Counted from the first letter of the stretch, positions 48,013-57,495 are shown. The stretch: 64,000 nucleotides of DNA from an uncultured Candidatus Binatia bacterium (GCA_965200965.1 OZ241744.1:2336001-2400000); one strand, 5' to 3'. Notes: a model not told the origin generated them from the letters alone. Program-made: numbers and translations.

Positions 48013-48330
48013 TTACGCACCGCGGCGTAACAACTCCTCCAAGGCGCGCCCGTGGCGGTCGAGGGTCTGGCTCTGCCGCTCCAGTATCTGGCTCTGCCGC
48101 TCCAATATCTGGCCCAGGGTCTGGCCCTGTCGCTCCAGCATCTGGCCCAACACCACCCCCTGCCGCTCAAACGCCTCGCCCTGCTGCTTGACAGACTGGC
48201 TCATCATGTCAATTTCCCGGTCCCGCCGCCGCCCGGCTTTCTGCATCTGGAACAAACCCCAAAAAATGCCACTCAGGCCCACCGTGTTGATGCCGATTTG
48301 TACCCAGGTGGCGATGATCTGCTGTTCCAT
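48013..48330 (-). CDS. Small TM and heptad-repeat coiled-coil protein
   Basis: Hydrophobic N-terminus; LERQ(G/S)Q(T/I) repeats; ends ALEELLRR. Confidence 0.7.
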   Translation of the reverse strand: MEQQIIATWVQIGINTVGLSGIFWGLFQMQKAGRRRDREIDMMSQSVKQQGEAFERQGVVLGQMLERQGQTLGQILERQSQILERQSQTLDRHGRALEELLRRGA

Positions 48331-48446
48331 GCCGTCCACCTTACCCTGCTCACCCGCTCAGGACGGATGTAGCGCATTCTCGCCCGGCGCGCAAAAACGC
48401 ACCGACACGCCATGACAAAACCGCGGAAAGCAGCCACAATAGCCCC

Positions 48447-48749
48447 ATGCACAACGTTCACCTCAGTCGCCTGCGGATCATCGGACTGGCCGAAGGCAGC
48501 TCATTTGTGGCCCTGCTCGGCATCGCCATGCCGCTCAAATACCTTGGCGATATGCCGCTGGCGGTGACGCTCGTCGGCTGGGTGCATGGCCTGCTGTTCA
48601 TGGCCCTGTGCGTCGCGGCCCTGCGGGTCAAGCGCGCGCTGGGCTGGGACAGCAGAGCCGCCGGCCTCGTGGTGCTGGCCGGGCTGCTGCCCTTCGGCCC
48701 ATTTGTGATTGACGGCTGGTTACGCAAAGAGGATGGGACACGCCCATGA
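48447..48749 (+). CDS. DUF3817 family membrane protein
   Basis: [18 protein letters not shown]...GWVHGLLF...LPFGPF. Confidence 0.85.
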   Translation: MHNVHLSRLRIIGLAEGSSFVALLGIAMPLKYLGDMPLAVTLVGWVHGLLFMALCVAALRVKRALGWDSRAAGLVVLAGLLPFGPFVIDGWLRKEDGTRP

Positions 48750-48789
48750 CCGGTCGCCGTCGTGTCCCGTCCTCACAGGAGGGAAGAGC

Positions 48790-49548
48790 ATGACCCCATA
48801 TCAGAAAGTGGCACTGGTGACGGGAGCCGGCACAGGCATCGGTAAACACCTGACGCTGGCCCTGTTGAGAGAAGGCTATGCGGTCGCACTGGCCGGCCGG
48901 CGGGCCGAGCTGTTGGAGCAAACGGTCAGCGAAGCCGGAGTGTCGGACGAACGGACCCTGATCGCGCCAACCGACGTGGGCGACCCGGCCGCGGTGCGCG
49001 CCCTGTTTGGCAAGCTGCGCGAAAAATTCGGACGGCTCGACCTGCTGTTCAACAACGCCGGCAGCGGTGCGCCGGCGATTCCCCTCGAAGACCTGTCCTA
49101 TGAGCAGTGGCAGAGCGTGGTCAACGTGAATCTGACCGGTACCTTTCTGTGTACCCAAGAGGCGTTCAGGATCATGAAGAACCAGGACCCGCGAGGCGGA
49201 CGGATCATCAATAACGGATCGATCTCGGCCCATGTCCCGCGGCCCAACTCGGCCCCCTACACCGCCACCAAGCACGCCATGACCGGGCTGACCAAATCGA
49301 CCGCTCTGGACGGCCGCGCATACGACATTGCCTGCGGCCAGATTGACATCGGCAACGCCGAGACGGCGCTGACGGCCCGCATGAAGCAGGGCGTGCCGCA
49401 GGCCAACGGGACGGTGGCGGCAGAGCCGACAATGGATGTGGAGAACGTCTCGCGGGCGGTCGTGTATATGGCCAGCCTGCCCCTGGACGCCAACGTGCAG
49501 TTCATGACGGTCCTGGCAACCAGGATGCCGTATGTGGGCCGGGGCTAG
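48790..49548 (+). CDS. SDR family oxidoreductase
   Basis: [19 protein letters not shown]. Confidence 0.92.
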   Translation: MTPYQKVALVTGAGTGIGKHLTLALLREGYAVALAGRRAELLEQTVSEAGVSDERTLIAPTDVGDPAAVRALFGKLREKFGRLDLLFNNAGSGAPAIPLEDLSYEQWQSVVNVNLTGTFLCTQEAFRIMKNQDPRGGRIINNGSISAHVPRPNSAPYTATKHAMTGLTKSTALDGRAYDIACGQIDIGNAETALTARMKQGVPQANGTVAAEPTMDVENVSRAVVYMASLPLDANVQFMTVLATRMPYVGRG

Positions 49549-49568
49549 CCCACCACGGGGAAGCGCGT

Positions 49569-50981
49569 ATGTCTCGCCACGAACTGTGTTTTCTGCCCGC
49601 CACCGAACTGGCCGACCGTCTCCGTCGCCGGGAGGTGTCCTGCCGGGAAGTCCTCGAAGCCCATCTGGCGCAGATCGAGCGGATCAACCCGCAGGTGAAC
49701 GCGATTGTCACCCTGGTGGCCGATCGGGCCCTTGACCAGGCGCGGCGGGCTGACGCAACCGCGCCCGACGCCCGCGGGCCTTTGCACGGCCTGCCTGTCG
49801 CCCATAAGGACCTCGTGCTGACCAAAGGCATACGGACGACCCTCGGCTCGCCCATTTTTGCCGACTTTGTGCCCGAGCAGGATGAAATCATCGTGGAGCG
49901 CATGAGACAGGCCGGGGCCATTACCCTTGGCAAGACCAACACGCCCGAGTTCGGGGCCGGCTCGCAGACCTGTAACCCGGTGTTCGGGGCCACCCGCAAC
50001 CCGTATGACCTGAGTAAAACCTGTGGCGGCAGCAGCGGCGGGGCCGCGGTTGGCCTGGCCTGCGGCATGGTGTCGCTGGCCGACGGCAGCGACCTCGGCG
50101 GCTCGCTGCGCAATCCGGCCAGTTTCTGCAATGTGGTCGGCCTGCGTCCCTCACCCGGGCGGGTCCCGGTCTGGCCGCACCGGGTGGCCTGGTTTCCGCT
50201 GGCGGTTGAGGGACCGATGGCGCGCACGGTGCAGGATGTAGCCCTGTTGCTGAGCGTCCTGGCCGGCCCCGACCCCCGGGCACCGCAGGCGCTCAACGAA
50301 CCGGGCAGCCTTTTCAGGCAGGACCTGGAGCGGTCTTTTGGGGGCGTGCGTATCGCCTGGAGCCAGACCCTGGGCGGTCTGCCGTTTGATCCGCGGGTAA
50401 GCGCGGCCCTGGAGTCCCAGCGGGCGGTCTTTGAGGGGCTGGGCTGTATTGTCGAGGAGGCCACGCCGGATTTCCGTCATGCCGACGAGATCTTCCGGGT
50501 CTGGCGGGCGTGGTATTTTGAGCTGGCCTTGGGCGAACTGCTGGCCGGGCATCGCGCCCGGATGAAAGACGCGGTGGCCTGGAATATTGAACAGGGCCAG
50601 CAGCTGAGCGGTCCCCAGCTTGGCCAGGCCGAACGCCGGCGGACCGAGCTGTATCATCACATGCGGGGGTTCATGGACCGCTACGCCTTCCTGATCGCTC
50701 CGGTGTCTCAGGTCCCGCCGTTTGCGGTGGACCGGGAGTATGTGACCGAGATCAACGGCACCGCGCTCGACACCTACCTCGACTGGATGAAGTCGTGCTA
50801 CTACATCAGCGTCACCGGCCTGCCGGCCATCTCGGTGCCGGCCGGATTTACGCCCGAGGGGCTGCCGGTCGGCGTGCAGATCGTCGGCCGCTATCAGGAC
50901 GAGCTGGGCCTGTTGCAGTTGGCCCACGCCTTTGAGCAGGCGACCGGGGCATGGAAGCGAAGGCCGGCGATCGTCGCCTGA
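49569..50981 (+). CDS. Amidase (amidase-signature family)
   Basis: GKTNTPEFG, GGSSGGAA, GSDLGGSLRNPAS. Confidence 0.93.
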   Translation: MSRHELCFLPATELADRLRRREVSCREVLEAHLAQIERINPQVNAIVTLVADRALDQARRADATAPDARGPLHGLPVAHKDLVLTKGIRTTLGSPIFADFVPEQDEIIVERMRQAGAITLGKTNTPEFGAGSQTCNPVFGATRNPYDLSKTCGGSSGGAAVGLACGMVSLADGSDLGGSLRNPASFCNVVGLRPSPGRVPVWPHRVAWFPLAVEGPMARTVQDVALLLSVLAGPDPRAPQALNEPGSLFRQDLERSFGGVRIAWSQTLGGLPFDPRVSAALESQRAVFEGLGCIVEEATPDFRHADEIFRVWRAWYFELALGELLAGHRARMKDAVAWNIEQGQQLSGPQLGQAERRRTELYHHMRGFMDRYAFLIAPVSQVPPFAVDREYVTEINGTALDTYLDWMKSCYYISVTGLPAISVPAGFTPEGLPVGVQIVGRYQDELGLLQLAHAFEQATGAWKRRPAIVA

Positions 50982-51005
50982 GCCGCGCCGGCCGGGACGG
51001 AACAC

Positions 51006-51548
51006 ATGGCCCATGCCTACGATCCGTACTACCGGGATTTTCCGTCAAACCTCCTGCCGGCCCACACGCCGTTCACCCGCGCCGGCCAGGGCGACGCCGG
51101 CCATGTCTTCATCTACATGACGCGCAGATGGAGGCGAGGGGTGAACCTGTCATCAGAAGGCGACACATTCACCCCTTGCTGGAGTCTGGTCCTGGACAGA
51201 AGCCGCCTGGAGCTGATTCACGATGAGGCCCGGCAGTGTATTCCGCCCGGCTTCTCCCAGCTCTGGCTGCTGGAAAAGCGCTACAGCACGGCCCGACCGG
51301 GCGGCCGGGCACGGCCTTTGCCCACACACCCTCTGTTTGACCGCCGTGGGCCTCCGCCCAAGACCATTCTTGAAGAAAAGCTGCTGGTCGTCCTGCGCGA
51401 GCCGCCCCAACGGCCCGACGGCAAGGGGGATGTGCTGTCCTACCACCTGCGTGAGGCCGAAGCGCTGCGGGCGGCCGAGGCATATACGCGGAGGTCCCGG
51501 CACCGGGCGGTCGTCGCCGGGCTGCTCTGGGATGAGTTGTGGTTTTAG
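51006..51548 (+). CDS. Hypothetical protein containing a palindromic element
   Basis: Fills the gap after the amidase on the same strand; no recognised motif. Confidence 0.6.
   Translation: MAHAYDPYYRDFPSNLLPAHTPFTRAGQGDAGHVFIYMTRRWRRGVNLSSEGDTFTPCWSLVLDRSRLELIHDEARQCIPPGFSQLWLLEKRYSTARPGGRARPLPTHPLFDRRGPPPKTILEEKLLVVLREPPQRPDGKGDVLSYHLREAEALRAAEAYTRRSRHRAVVAGLLWDELWF
51138..51175. repeat. Palindromic element, copy 5 (38 bp; 9-bp loop deletion)
   Basis: Read through as GVNLSSEGDTFTP. Confidence 0.8.
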
Positions 51549-51560
51549 CCGGAAGAGGGA

Positions 51561-52766
51561 TCAGTTTCCCCAAGGGGTGAATGTGTCGCCTTCCTCTCGA
51601 TCGGATGACAGGTTCACCCCTCGGAGCCGGGCCAGGTTGCGGCGGACTTCAGGACAAAAAATTGTCGCCTGCTCCTTTCTCCCCATCTTCTCCAGGACCT
51701 CGGCAAAGCGGCTGCACATTGACAGGGCGCGCTCATAGGCGCTCAGGGCCTCGTCTTTTTTGTTGAGGCGCTCAAACGCATCGCCCAAATGGACATAGGC
51801 ATAGGCATAGTCGGGGGCCAGGTGTACCGTCTGTTGCCACGCCTGGGCCGCTCCCGACCAGTCGCCTTTGGCGGCCAGCAGGTGGCCTAAGCGGTTATGC
51901 ACATAGGGGGCGGACGGCACGAGCTGGAGCGCTGCGCGATAGGCTGCGAGGGCACCGGGCGCGTCTCCGGTCGCCTCGAGCACCCTGGCAAGCTGCACCT
52001 GGGCCGTCGCATTATCCGGCTCCAGCCGCAGCGCTTCCCGGAAGGCCGCAATCGCTTTGGTCTGCTCGCCACGGTCTCGCCACGCCACGCCGATCAGGTG
52101 GTGGGCTTTGGCCGCGGTGGGCGCGACACGAATCGTCTTTTGCCACTCGACAATCGCTTCATTCAGCTGGCCTTGGTCGTAGAAGCGTTGTCCGCGTTCG
52201 ATATGCGCCTCGGCCTCCGGGGGTAAAGAGGGCGGCGGCGAAGGAGCAGCGGTGCGCGCCTCGGGTGACAGCGAGGGGTGAACGTGTCGCCTTCCTCCCG
52301 AGCCGATGACCTGTTCACCCCTCGAAAAGAGCACCCGGGCCTGCTCCCCAGCCACGTCCTCACCCGGCTCTCGCCCCACTTCGCCGAGCGCGGCCGTGAC
52401 CAGACCCTCCTGTTGTTTGACCACAAAAGGCGGCATGTCTGTTCCGGTCAAATCGAGGACAAAGCGGGTGTAGCCCGGGTGGGAGCCAACCCGGACCTGC
52501 CGCACCAGCCTGTCCTCTACGCCATAGGTGGCCGCTCGACGCGACTTGACCGCTCCCCTGACATCAACCACCAGCCGCAGCGGTGACGACAGGGCAAAAG
52601 GTTTCACGGCATCGGGCGGATGAGAGAACCGCAGGGCAAGGATGCGCTGTCCGCCCTGCACCGAGAAGCGCATGGTGTGCAGCCTCAGTTCGCTGTGGGA
52701 CCGCGCGGCGTGCGCCCCGCCTGTCCAGACACTCACGAGCAGGATGCAGAGCCAGGCTTTGCCCAT
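51561..52766 (-). CDS. Exported AMIN-domain and TPR protein (paralog of 23110-24702)
   Basis: Signal ending AHA; FALSSPLRLVVDV...QVRVGSHPGYTRFVLDL; AKAHHLIG, YVHNRLGHLLA, PDYAYAY. Confidence 0.85.
   Translation of the reverse strand: MGKAWLCILLVSVWTGGAHAARSHSELRLHTMRFSVQGGQRILALRFSHPPDAVKPFALSSPLRLVVDVRGAVKSRRAATYGVEDRLVRQVRVGSHPGYTRFVLDLTGTDMPPFVVKQQEGLVTAALGEVGREPGEDVAGEQARVLFSRGEQVIGSGGRRHVHPSLSPEARTAAPSPPPSLPPEAEAHIERGQRFYDQGQLNEAIVEWQKTIRVAPTAAKAHHLIGVAWRDRGEQTKAIAAFREALRLEPDNATAQVQLARVLEATGDAPGALAAYRAALQLVPSAPYVHNRLGHLLAAKGDWSGAAQAWQQTVHLAPDYAYAYVHLGDAFERLNKKDEALSAYERALSMCSRFAEVLEKMGRKEQATIFCPEVRRNLARLRGVNLSSDREEGDTFTPWGN
51574..51620. repeat. 47-bp palindromic element, copy 6 (encodes the TPR protein C-terminus)
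   Basis: Read through as GVNLSSDREEGDTFTP. Confidence 0.85.
52275..52321. repeat. 47-bp palindromic element, copy 7 (AMIN-TPR linker)
   Basis: Read through as RGEQVIGSGGRRHVHPS. Confidence 0.85.
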
Positions 52767-52802
52767 AGCAGCTCGGGGCCAGCATAGGCCGCGGCCGGCC
52801 AC

Positions 52803-53786
52803 CTACCAGCGAAGGATTGAAGTCCCCCAGGTCAGCCCCCCGCCGCAGCCGCACAGGGCAAGAATATCGTTGGGCCGCACCCGGCCGGCCCGGACGGCCT
52901 CATCAAGCGCAATCGGGATAGAGGCGGCGGAGGTATTGCCGTAGTTCTGGATGTTGCAGTACACCCGGTCCATCGCAATCTGAAGACGGTCGGCCACCGC
53001 CCGGATGATGCGCAGGTTGGCCTGATGGGGAATCATCAGGCTCACGTCAGCGGGCGACAGGCCGGCCTTGTCCAGGGCTTTGCGGGTGACCTCGGACAGG
53101 GCCCGGACGGCGACCTTGAACAACTCAGGCCCCTTCATCTGAATACCCCACTCTTTGGGGCGCGAGCCTGCTTGATCGACCGTCTGTCTATGGTCGGCGC
53201 GCACATGCAGCAGCTTCCACAGCGTCCCGCTCGATTCCACTACGGTGCTGAGCAGACCGCGTTTGTCGGACCGGGCATTCTGGGTATCCAGGACAACCGC
53301 CCCGGCCCCGTCGCCAAACAGGACACAGGTCGAGCGGTCTTCCCAGTTGACCATCGTGCTGAGGGTATCAGCCCCGACCAGCAGCAGACGGTCGTAGTCA
53401 CCGCTCTTGATATAGCTGTGGGCGACAGACATGCCGTACACAAAGCCGGCGCACGCCGCGTTCACGTCAAAGGCCGGGATATTGTCGAGCCCGAGGCGGG
53501 CCTGGAGCAGGCAGGCGGTGGAGGGGAAGGCGTAGTTGCCGGAGACGGTGGCCACCACAATCGCCTGGAGCCGCTCGGCCGCCACACCCGAGGCGTCCAG
53601 GGCCTGGCAACTGGCCTGGTACATCAGGTCGAGGACATCCTCGCCCTCGGTCATCACATACCGCTGGTGGATGCCGGTCCGGCTGACAATCCAGTCATGG
53701 CTGGTGTCAACACGTTTTTCCAGGTCGGCATTGCTCAGACAGGTCCTGGGGACGGAGGAGCCGGTACCGATGATGCGAGCGCCCAT
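52803..53786 (-). CDS. fabH: 3-oxoacyl-ACP synthase III
   Basis: AACAGF, LFGDGAGA, PHQAN, GNTSAASIP, GGGLTWG. Confidence 0.95.
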   Translation of the reverse strand: MGARIIGTGSSVPRTCLSNADLEKRVDTSHDWIVSRTGIHQRYVMTEGEDVLDLMYQASCQALDASGVAAERLQAIVVATVSGNYAFPSTACLLQARLGLDNIPAFDVNAACAGFVYGMSVAHSYIKSGDYDRLLLVGADTLSTMVNWEDRSTCVLFGDGAGAVVLDTQNARSDKRGLLSTVVESSGTLWKLLHVRADHRQTVDQAGSRPKEWGIQMKGPELFKVAVRALSEVTRKALDKAGLSPADVSLMIPHQANLRIIRAVADRLQIAMDRVYCNIQNYGNTSAASIPIALDEAVRAGRVRPNDILALCGCGGGLTWGTSILRW

Positions 53787-53807
53787 GCGCAATCCCTTTC
53801 TCTCTGA

Positions 53808-53854
53808 GGCGTGAACATGTCGCCGTCCTCTCGATCTGATGAAACGTTCATTCC
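53808..53854. repeat. 47-bp palindromic element, copy 8 (fabF-fabH intergenic)
   Basis: GGCGTGAACATGTCGCC...GATGAAACGTTCATTCC. Confidence 0.85.
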
Positions 53855-53869
53855 TTTCTGCCCCCCGTC

Positions 53870-55120
53870 TTACTCCGTCCATTTGCGAAACGCGATGGTC
53901 GCATTGGTGCCGCCAAAGCCAAATGAGTTTGACAGCACCGCCCGAACCGGCGCTTTTCTCGGCGTGTTGGGGACGTAATCGAGGTCGCAGTCTGGATCAG
54001 GTTCTTCATAGTTGATGGTCGGCGGCAGGGTGTCACGGTCAAGGATCAGAGCGGCGTAGACCGCTTCGACCCCGCCGGCGGCACCGAGCAGATGACCGGT
54101 CATGGATTTGGTTGAACTGATCGCCAGCCGTCCGGCATATTCGCCAAACACCCGTTTGATGGCCTGGGTCTCGGTGGCGTCGTTGTAGGGGGTCGAGGTG
54201 CCGTGGGCGTTGATGTAGTCAATCTCGGTCGGATGGATATTCCCGCTGCGCAGGGCCTGCTGCATACAACGGACCGCGCCTTCTCCCTCGGGCGAGGGGG
54301 CGGTCATGTGGTGGGCGTCACAGTTCGCGCCATAGCCGACCACCTCGGCGTAGATTTTCGCCCCGCGGCGATGCGCCGATTCCAGCTCTTCCATCACCAC
54401 CATGCCGGCACCTTCGGCCATGACAAAACCGTCCCGACGCCTGTCAAACGGGCGGCTGGCTCTGTGGGGCTCGTCGTTGTGGGTTGAGACCGCCTTCATG
54501 GCGATAAAGCCGCCTAGTCCCAGGGGGGTGAGGGCGGCTTCTGCACCGCCGGCGATGACCGCCTGTTGTTCACCGAGGCGAATCAGTCGAAACGCCTCGC
54601 CAATGGCGTGCGACCCGGAGGAGCAGGCGCTTGTCGGGGTGTAGTTGACGCCCTTGGCACCATAGTGAATGGCAATCTGACCGGGGGCCAGGTTGGCGAT
54701 CAGCTTGGGAATAAAAAACGGTGAGACCTTTTTGAGGCCGGTGTCGAGGAAAACTTTATGGTAGGTTTCAATGCTGGTCAGGCCGCCAATGCCGACACCA
54801 ACGATCACCCCCACCCGGTCTTCATTGTCCGGTGTGATCGGCAGGCCGGCCTCGTCCATTGCCATTTGGGCCGAGGCGTAGGCGTACTGGATGAAGGGGT
54901 CCATCTTTTTGATTTCGCGTTTCTCGATAAACTCCTCAGGCACAAAATCCGTGACCTCGCCACCAATCCGGGTCGGAAAGTCCGATACGTCGAAGCGGGT
55001 GATCGGGCCGATACCAGAGCGGCCTTCGAGCAGCCCGGTCCAGTTTTTCTCAACCCCCGTACCGAGCGGCGTGACCAGACCCAACCCAGTAATTACGACG
55101 CGACGGCGTTCGTCTTTCAT
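53870..55120 (-). CDS. fabF: 3-oxoacyl-ACP synthase II
   Basis: RRVVITGLG, SACSSG, INAHGTST, KSMTGHLLGAAG, SNSFGFGGTN. Confidence 0.96.
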   Translation of the reverse strand: MKDERRRVVITGLGLVTPLGTGVEKNWTGLLEGRSGIGPITRFDVSDFPTRIGGEVTDFVPEEFIEKREIKKMDPFIQYAYASAQMAMDEAGLPITPDNEDRVGVIVGVGIGGLTSIETYHKVFLDTGLKKVSPFFIPKLIANLAPGQIAIHYGAKGVNYTPTSACSSGSHAIGEAFRLIRLGEQQAVIAGGAEAALTPLGLGGFIAMKAVSTHNDEPHRASRPFDRRRDGFVMAEGAGMVVMEELESAHRRGAKIYAEVVGYGANCDAHHMTAPSPEGEGAVRCMQQALRSGNIHPTEIDYINAHGTSTPYNDATETQAIKRVFGEYAGRLAISSTKSMTGHLLGAAGGVEAVYAALILDRDTLPPTINYEEPDPDCDLDYVPNTPRKAPVRAVLSNSFGFGGTNATIAFRKWTE

Positions 55121-55137
55121 ACACACCTCTGCCTTGA

Positions 55138-55184
55138 GGCGTGGACGTGTCATCAGAGCGAGAGGAAGGCGGCACGTTCACGCC
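55138..55184. repeat. 47-bp palindromic element, copy 9 (upstream of fabF)
   Basis: Nearly identical to copy 4. Confidence 0.85.
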
Positions 55185-55269
55185 TTTGTCACACACAAGG
55201 AATCCGGGCATCTTAGAGGCTCTGTTTCTGGCCTGTCAACTCCGCTGCCCCCAGACCCGGCCCGGTCGC

Positions 55270-55722
55270 TTACAGCAGGTGAAATTCACGCAGCACGCCA
55301 GCCACTTCCGGGTCCCGCCGCCCTAAGGCCCGCAAGGCGGCCAGCAGGGCATCGAGCCGGCCCCGGTTGCCGCCGATCGCTGCCTGCAGGCTCTGGACCG
55401 TCTGCTCAAACGGGCGCAGCATCGTCCGCCGGTCCCACAGCGCAAAGCCGATAATCGCCGCCACCAGCGCCGCAAAGGCCCCCAGCAACGCCAGGGTCAG
55501 CTGGAATTGGCGGGCAAACTGCGCGGCCAAGTCCTCACGCAACTGGCCCAGGTCCTCACGCAAGTGCTGCACCGCATCCCGCAACCCCTCCTGCCCGGCT
55601 TCGAGCCGCGTCAGCCGCTCTACGATCTCCCGGTCGGTCAGGGCCGGGGCGGCCTCCACCGCCCACAGCGGAGCAGGCATAAGGAGGAGTGCCACGATGG
55701 ACCAGAGCAGGGACCGGCGCAT
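55270..55722 (-). CDS. Signal peptide, coiled coil and TM protein; tandem copy A (150 aa)
   Basis: MRRSLLWS..LWA signal, LTDREIVERLTRLE, TM, WDRRTMLRPFE. Confidence 0.78.
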   Translation of the reverse strand: MRRSLLWSIVALLLMPAPLWAVEAAPALTDREIVERLTRLEAGQEGLRDAVQHLREDLGQLREDLAAQFARQFQLTLALLGAFAALVAAIIGFALWDRRTMLRPFEQTVQSLQAAIGGNRGRLDALLAALRALGRRDPEVAGVLREFHLL

Positions 55723-55728
55723 GGGGGC

Positions 55729-55757
55729 ATTCAAAGCCCGCCCGCCCGCAATGTCAA
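55729..55757 (-). promoter_or_regulatory. Putative leaderless sigma70 promoter, repeated upstream of all four tandem copies
   Basis: TTGACA-N17-TTGAAT-N6-ATG with no Shine-Dalgarno. Confidence 0.55.
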
Positions 55758-55806
55758 GCCACAGCCCGCCCCCCGCAGGCAGGACCACGCGCCGGACGAC
55801 CGCCGC

Positions 55807-56301
55807 TTACAGCAGGTGAAATTCACGCAGCACGCCAGCCACTTCCGGGTCCCGCCACCCTAAGGCCCGCAAGGCGGCCAGCAGGGCATCGAGCCGGCCC
55901 CGGTTGCCGCCGATCGCTGCCTGCAGGCTCTGGACCGTCTGCTCAAACGGACGCAGCATCGTCCGCCGGTCCCACAGCGCAAAGCCGATAATCGCCGCCA
56001 CCAGCGCCGCAAAGGCCCCCAGCAGTGCCAGGGTCAACTGGAATTGGCGGGCGAACTGCGCGGCCATGTCCACCCGCAACTGGCTCATCTCCACCCGCAA
56101 CTGGCTCATCTCCACCCGCAGTTGGCCCAGGTCCTCACGCAAGTGCTGCACCGCGTCCCGCAACCCCTCCTGCCCGGCTTCAAGCCGCGTCAGCCGCTCT
56201 ACGATCTCCCGGTCGGTCAGGGCCGGGGCGGCCTCCACCGCCCACAGCGGAGCAGGCACAAGGAGGAATGCCACAATGGACCAGAGCAGGGACCGGCGCA
56301 T
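55807..56301 (-). CDS. Tandem copy B (164 aa)
   Basis: As copy A plus two heptads. Confidence 0.78.
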   Translation of the reverse strand: MRRSLLWSIVAFLLVPAPLWAVEAAPALTDREIVERLTRLEAGQEGLRDAVQHLREDLGQLRVEMSQLRVEMSQLRVDMAAQFARQFQLTLALLGAFAALVAAIIGFALWDRRTMLRPFEQTVQSLQAAIGGNRGRLDALLAALRALGWRDPEVAGVLREFHLL

Positions 56302-56385
56302 GAGGGCATTCAAAGCCCAACCGCCCGCAATGTCAAGCCACAGCCCGCCCCCCGCAGGCAGGACCACGCGCCGGACGACCGCCGC

Positions 56386-56880
56386 TTACAGCAGGTGAAA
56401 TTCACGCAGCACGCCAGCCACTTCCGGGTCCCGCCACCCTAAGGCCCGCAAGGCGGCCAGCAGGGCAGCGAGCCGGCCCCGGTTGCCGCCGATCGCTGCC
56501 TGCAGGCTCTGGACCGTCTGCTCAAACGGACGCAGCATCGTCCGCCGGTCCCACAGCGCAAAGCCGATAATCGCCGCCACCAGCGCCGCAAAGGCCCCCA
56601 GCAGTGCCAGGGTCAACTGGAATTGGCGGGCGAACTGCGCGGCCATGTCCACCCGCAACTGGCTCATCTCCACCCGCAACTGGCTCATCTCCACCCGCAG
56701 TTGGCCCAGGTCCTCACGCAAGTGCTGCACCGCGTCCCGCAACCCCTCCTGCCCGGCTTCAAGCCGCGTCAGCCGCTCTACGATCTCCCGGTCGGTCAGG
56801 GCCGGGGCGGCCTCCACCGCCCACAGCGGAGCAGGCACAAGGAGGAATGCCACAATGGACCAGAGCAGGGACCGGCGCAT
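56386..56880 (-). CDS. Tandem copy C (164 aa)
   Basis: Almost identical to copy B (RLDALL vs RLAALL). Confidence 0.78.
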   Translation of the reverse strand: MRRSLLWSIVAFLLVPAPLWAVEAAPALTDREIVERLTRLEAGQEGLRDAVQHLREDLGQLRVEMSQLRVEMSQLRVDMAAQFARQFQLTLALLGAFAALVAAIIGFALWDRRTMLRPFEQTVQSLQAAIGGNRGRLAALLAALRALGWRDPEVAGVLREFHLL

Positions 56881-56964
56881 GAGGGCATTCAAAGCCCAAC
56901 CGCCCGCAATGTCAAGCCACAGCCCGCCCCCCGCAGGCAGGACCACGCGCCGGACGACCGCCGC

Positions 56965-57495
56965 TTACAGCAGGTGAAATTCACGCAGCACGCCAGCCAC
57001 TTCCGGGTCCCGCCGCCCCAAGGCCCGCAAGGCGGCCAGCAGGGCAGCGAGCCGGCCCCGGTTGCCGCCGATCTCTGCTTGCAGGCTCTGGACCGTCTGC
57101 TCAAACGGGCGCAGCATCGTCCGCCGGTCCCACAGCGCAAAGCCGATAATCGCCGCCACCAGCGCCGCAAAGGCCCCCAGCAACGCCAGGGTCAACTGGA
57201 ATTGGCGGGCAAACTGCGCGGTCAGGTCCTCACGCAACTGCCGGGTTTGGGCGGTCAGGTCCGCCCGCAACTGGCTCATCTCCGCCCGCAGTTGGCCCAG
57301 GTCCGCCCGCAACTGGCTCAGGTCCTCACGCAAGTGCTGCACCGCGTCCCGCAACCCCTCCTGCCCGGCTTCGAGCCGCGTCAGCCGCTCTACGATCTCC
57401 CGGTCGGTCAGGGCCGGGGCGGCCTCCACCGCCCACAGCGGAGCAGGCACAAGAAGGAGGAGTGCCACAGTGGACCAGAGGAGGGACCGGCGCAT
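56965..57495 (-). CDS. Tandem copy D (176 aa)
   Basis: As copy A plus two heptads, one 11-residue unit and one extra signal Leu. Confidence 0.78.
   Translation of the reverse strand: MRRSLLWSTVALLLLVPAPLWAVEAAPALTDREIVERLTRLEAGQEGLRDAVQHLREDLSQLRADLGQLRAEMSQLRADLTAQTRQLREDLTAQFARQFQLTLALLGAFAALVAAIIGFALWDRRTMLRPFEQTVQSLQAEIGGNRGRLAALLAALRALGRRDPEVAGVLREFHLL

Noticed and set aside
36534-55184. 47-bp palindromes considered as integron attC sites or terminators
   Set aside because: Most lie inside genes rather than between cassettes, no integron integrase is seen, and there are no poly-T tails.
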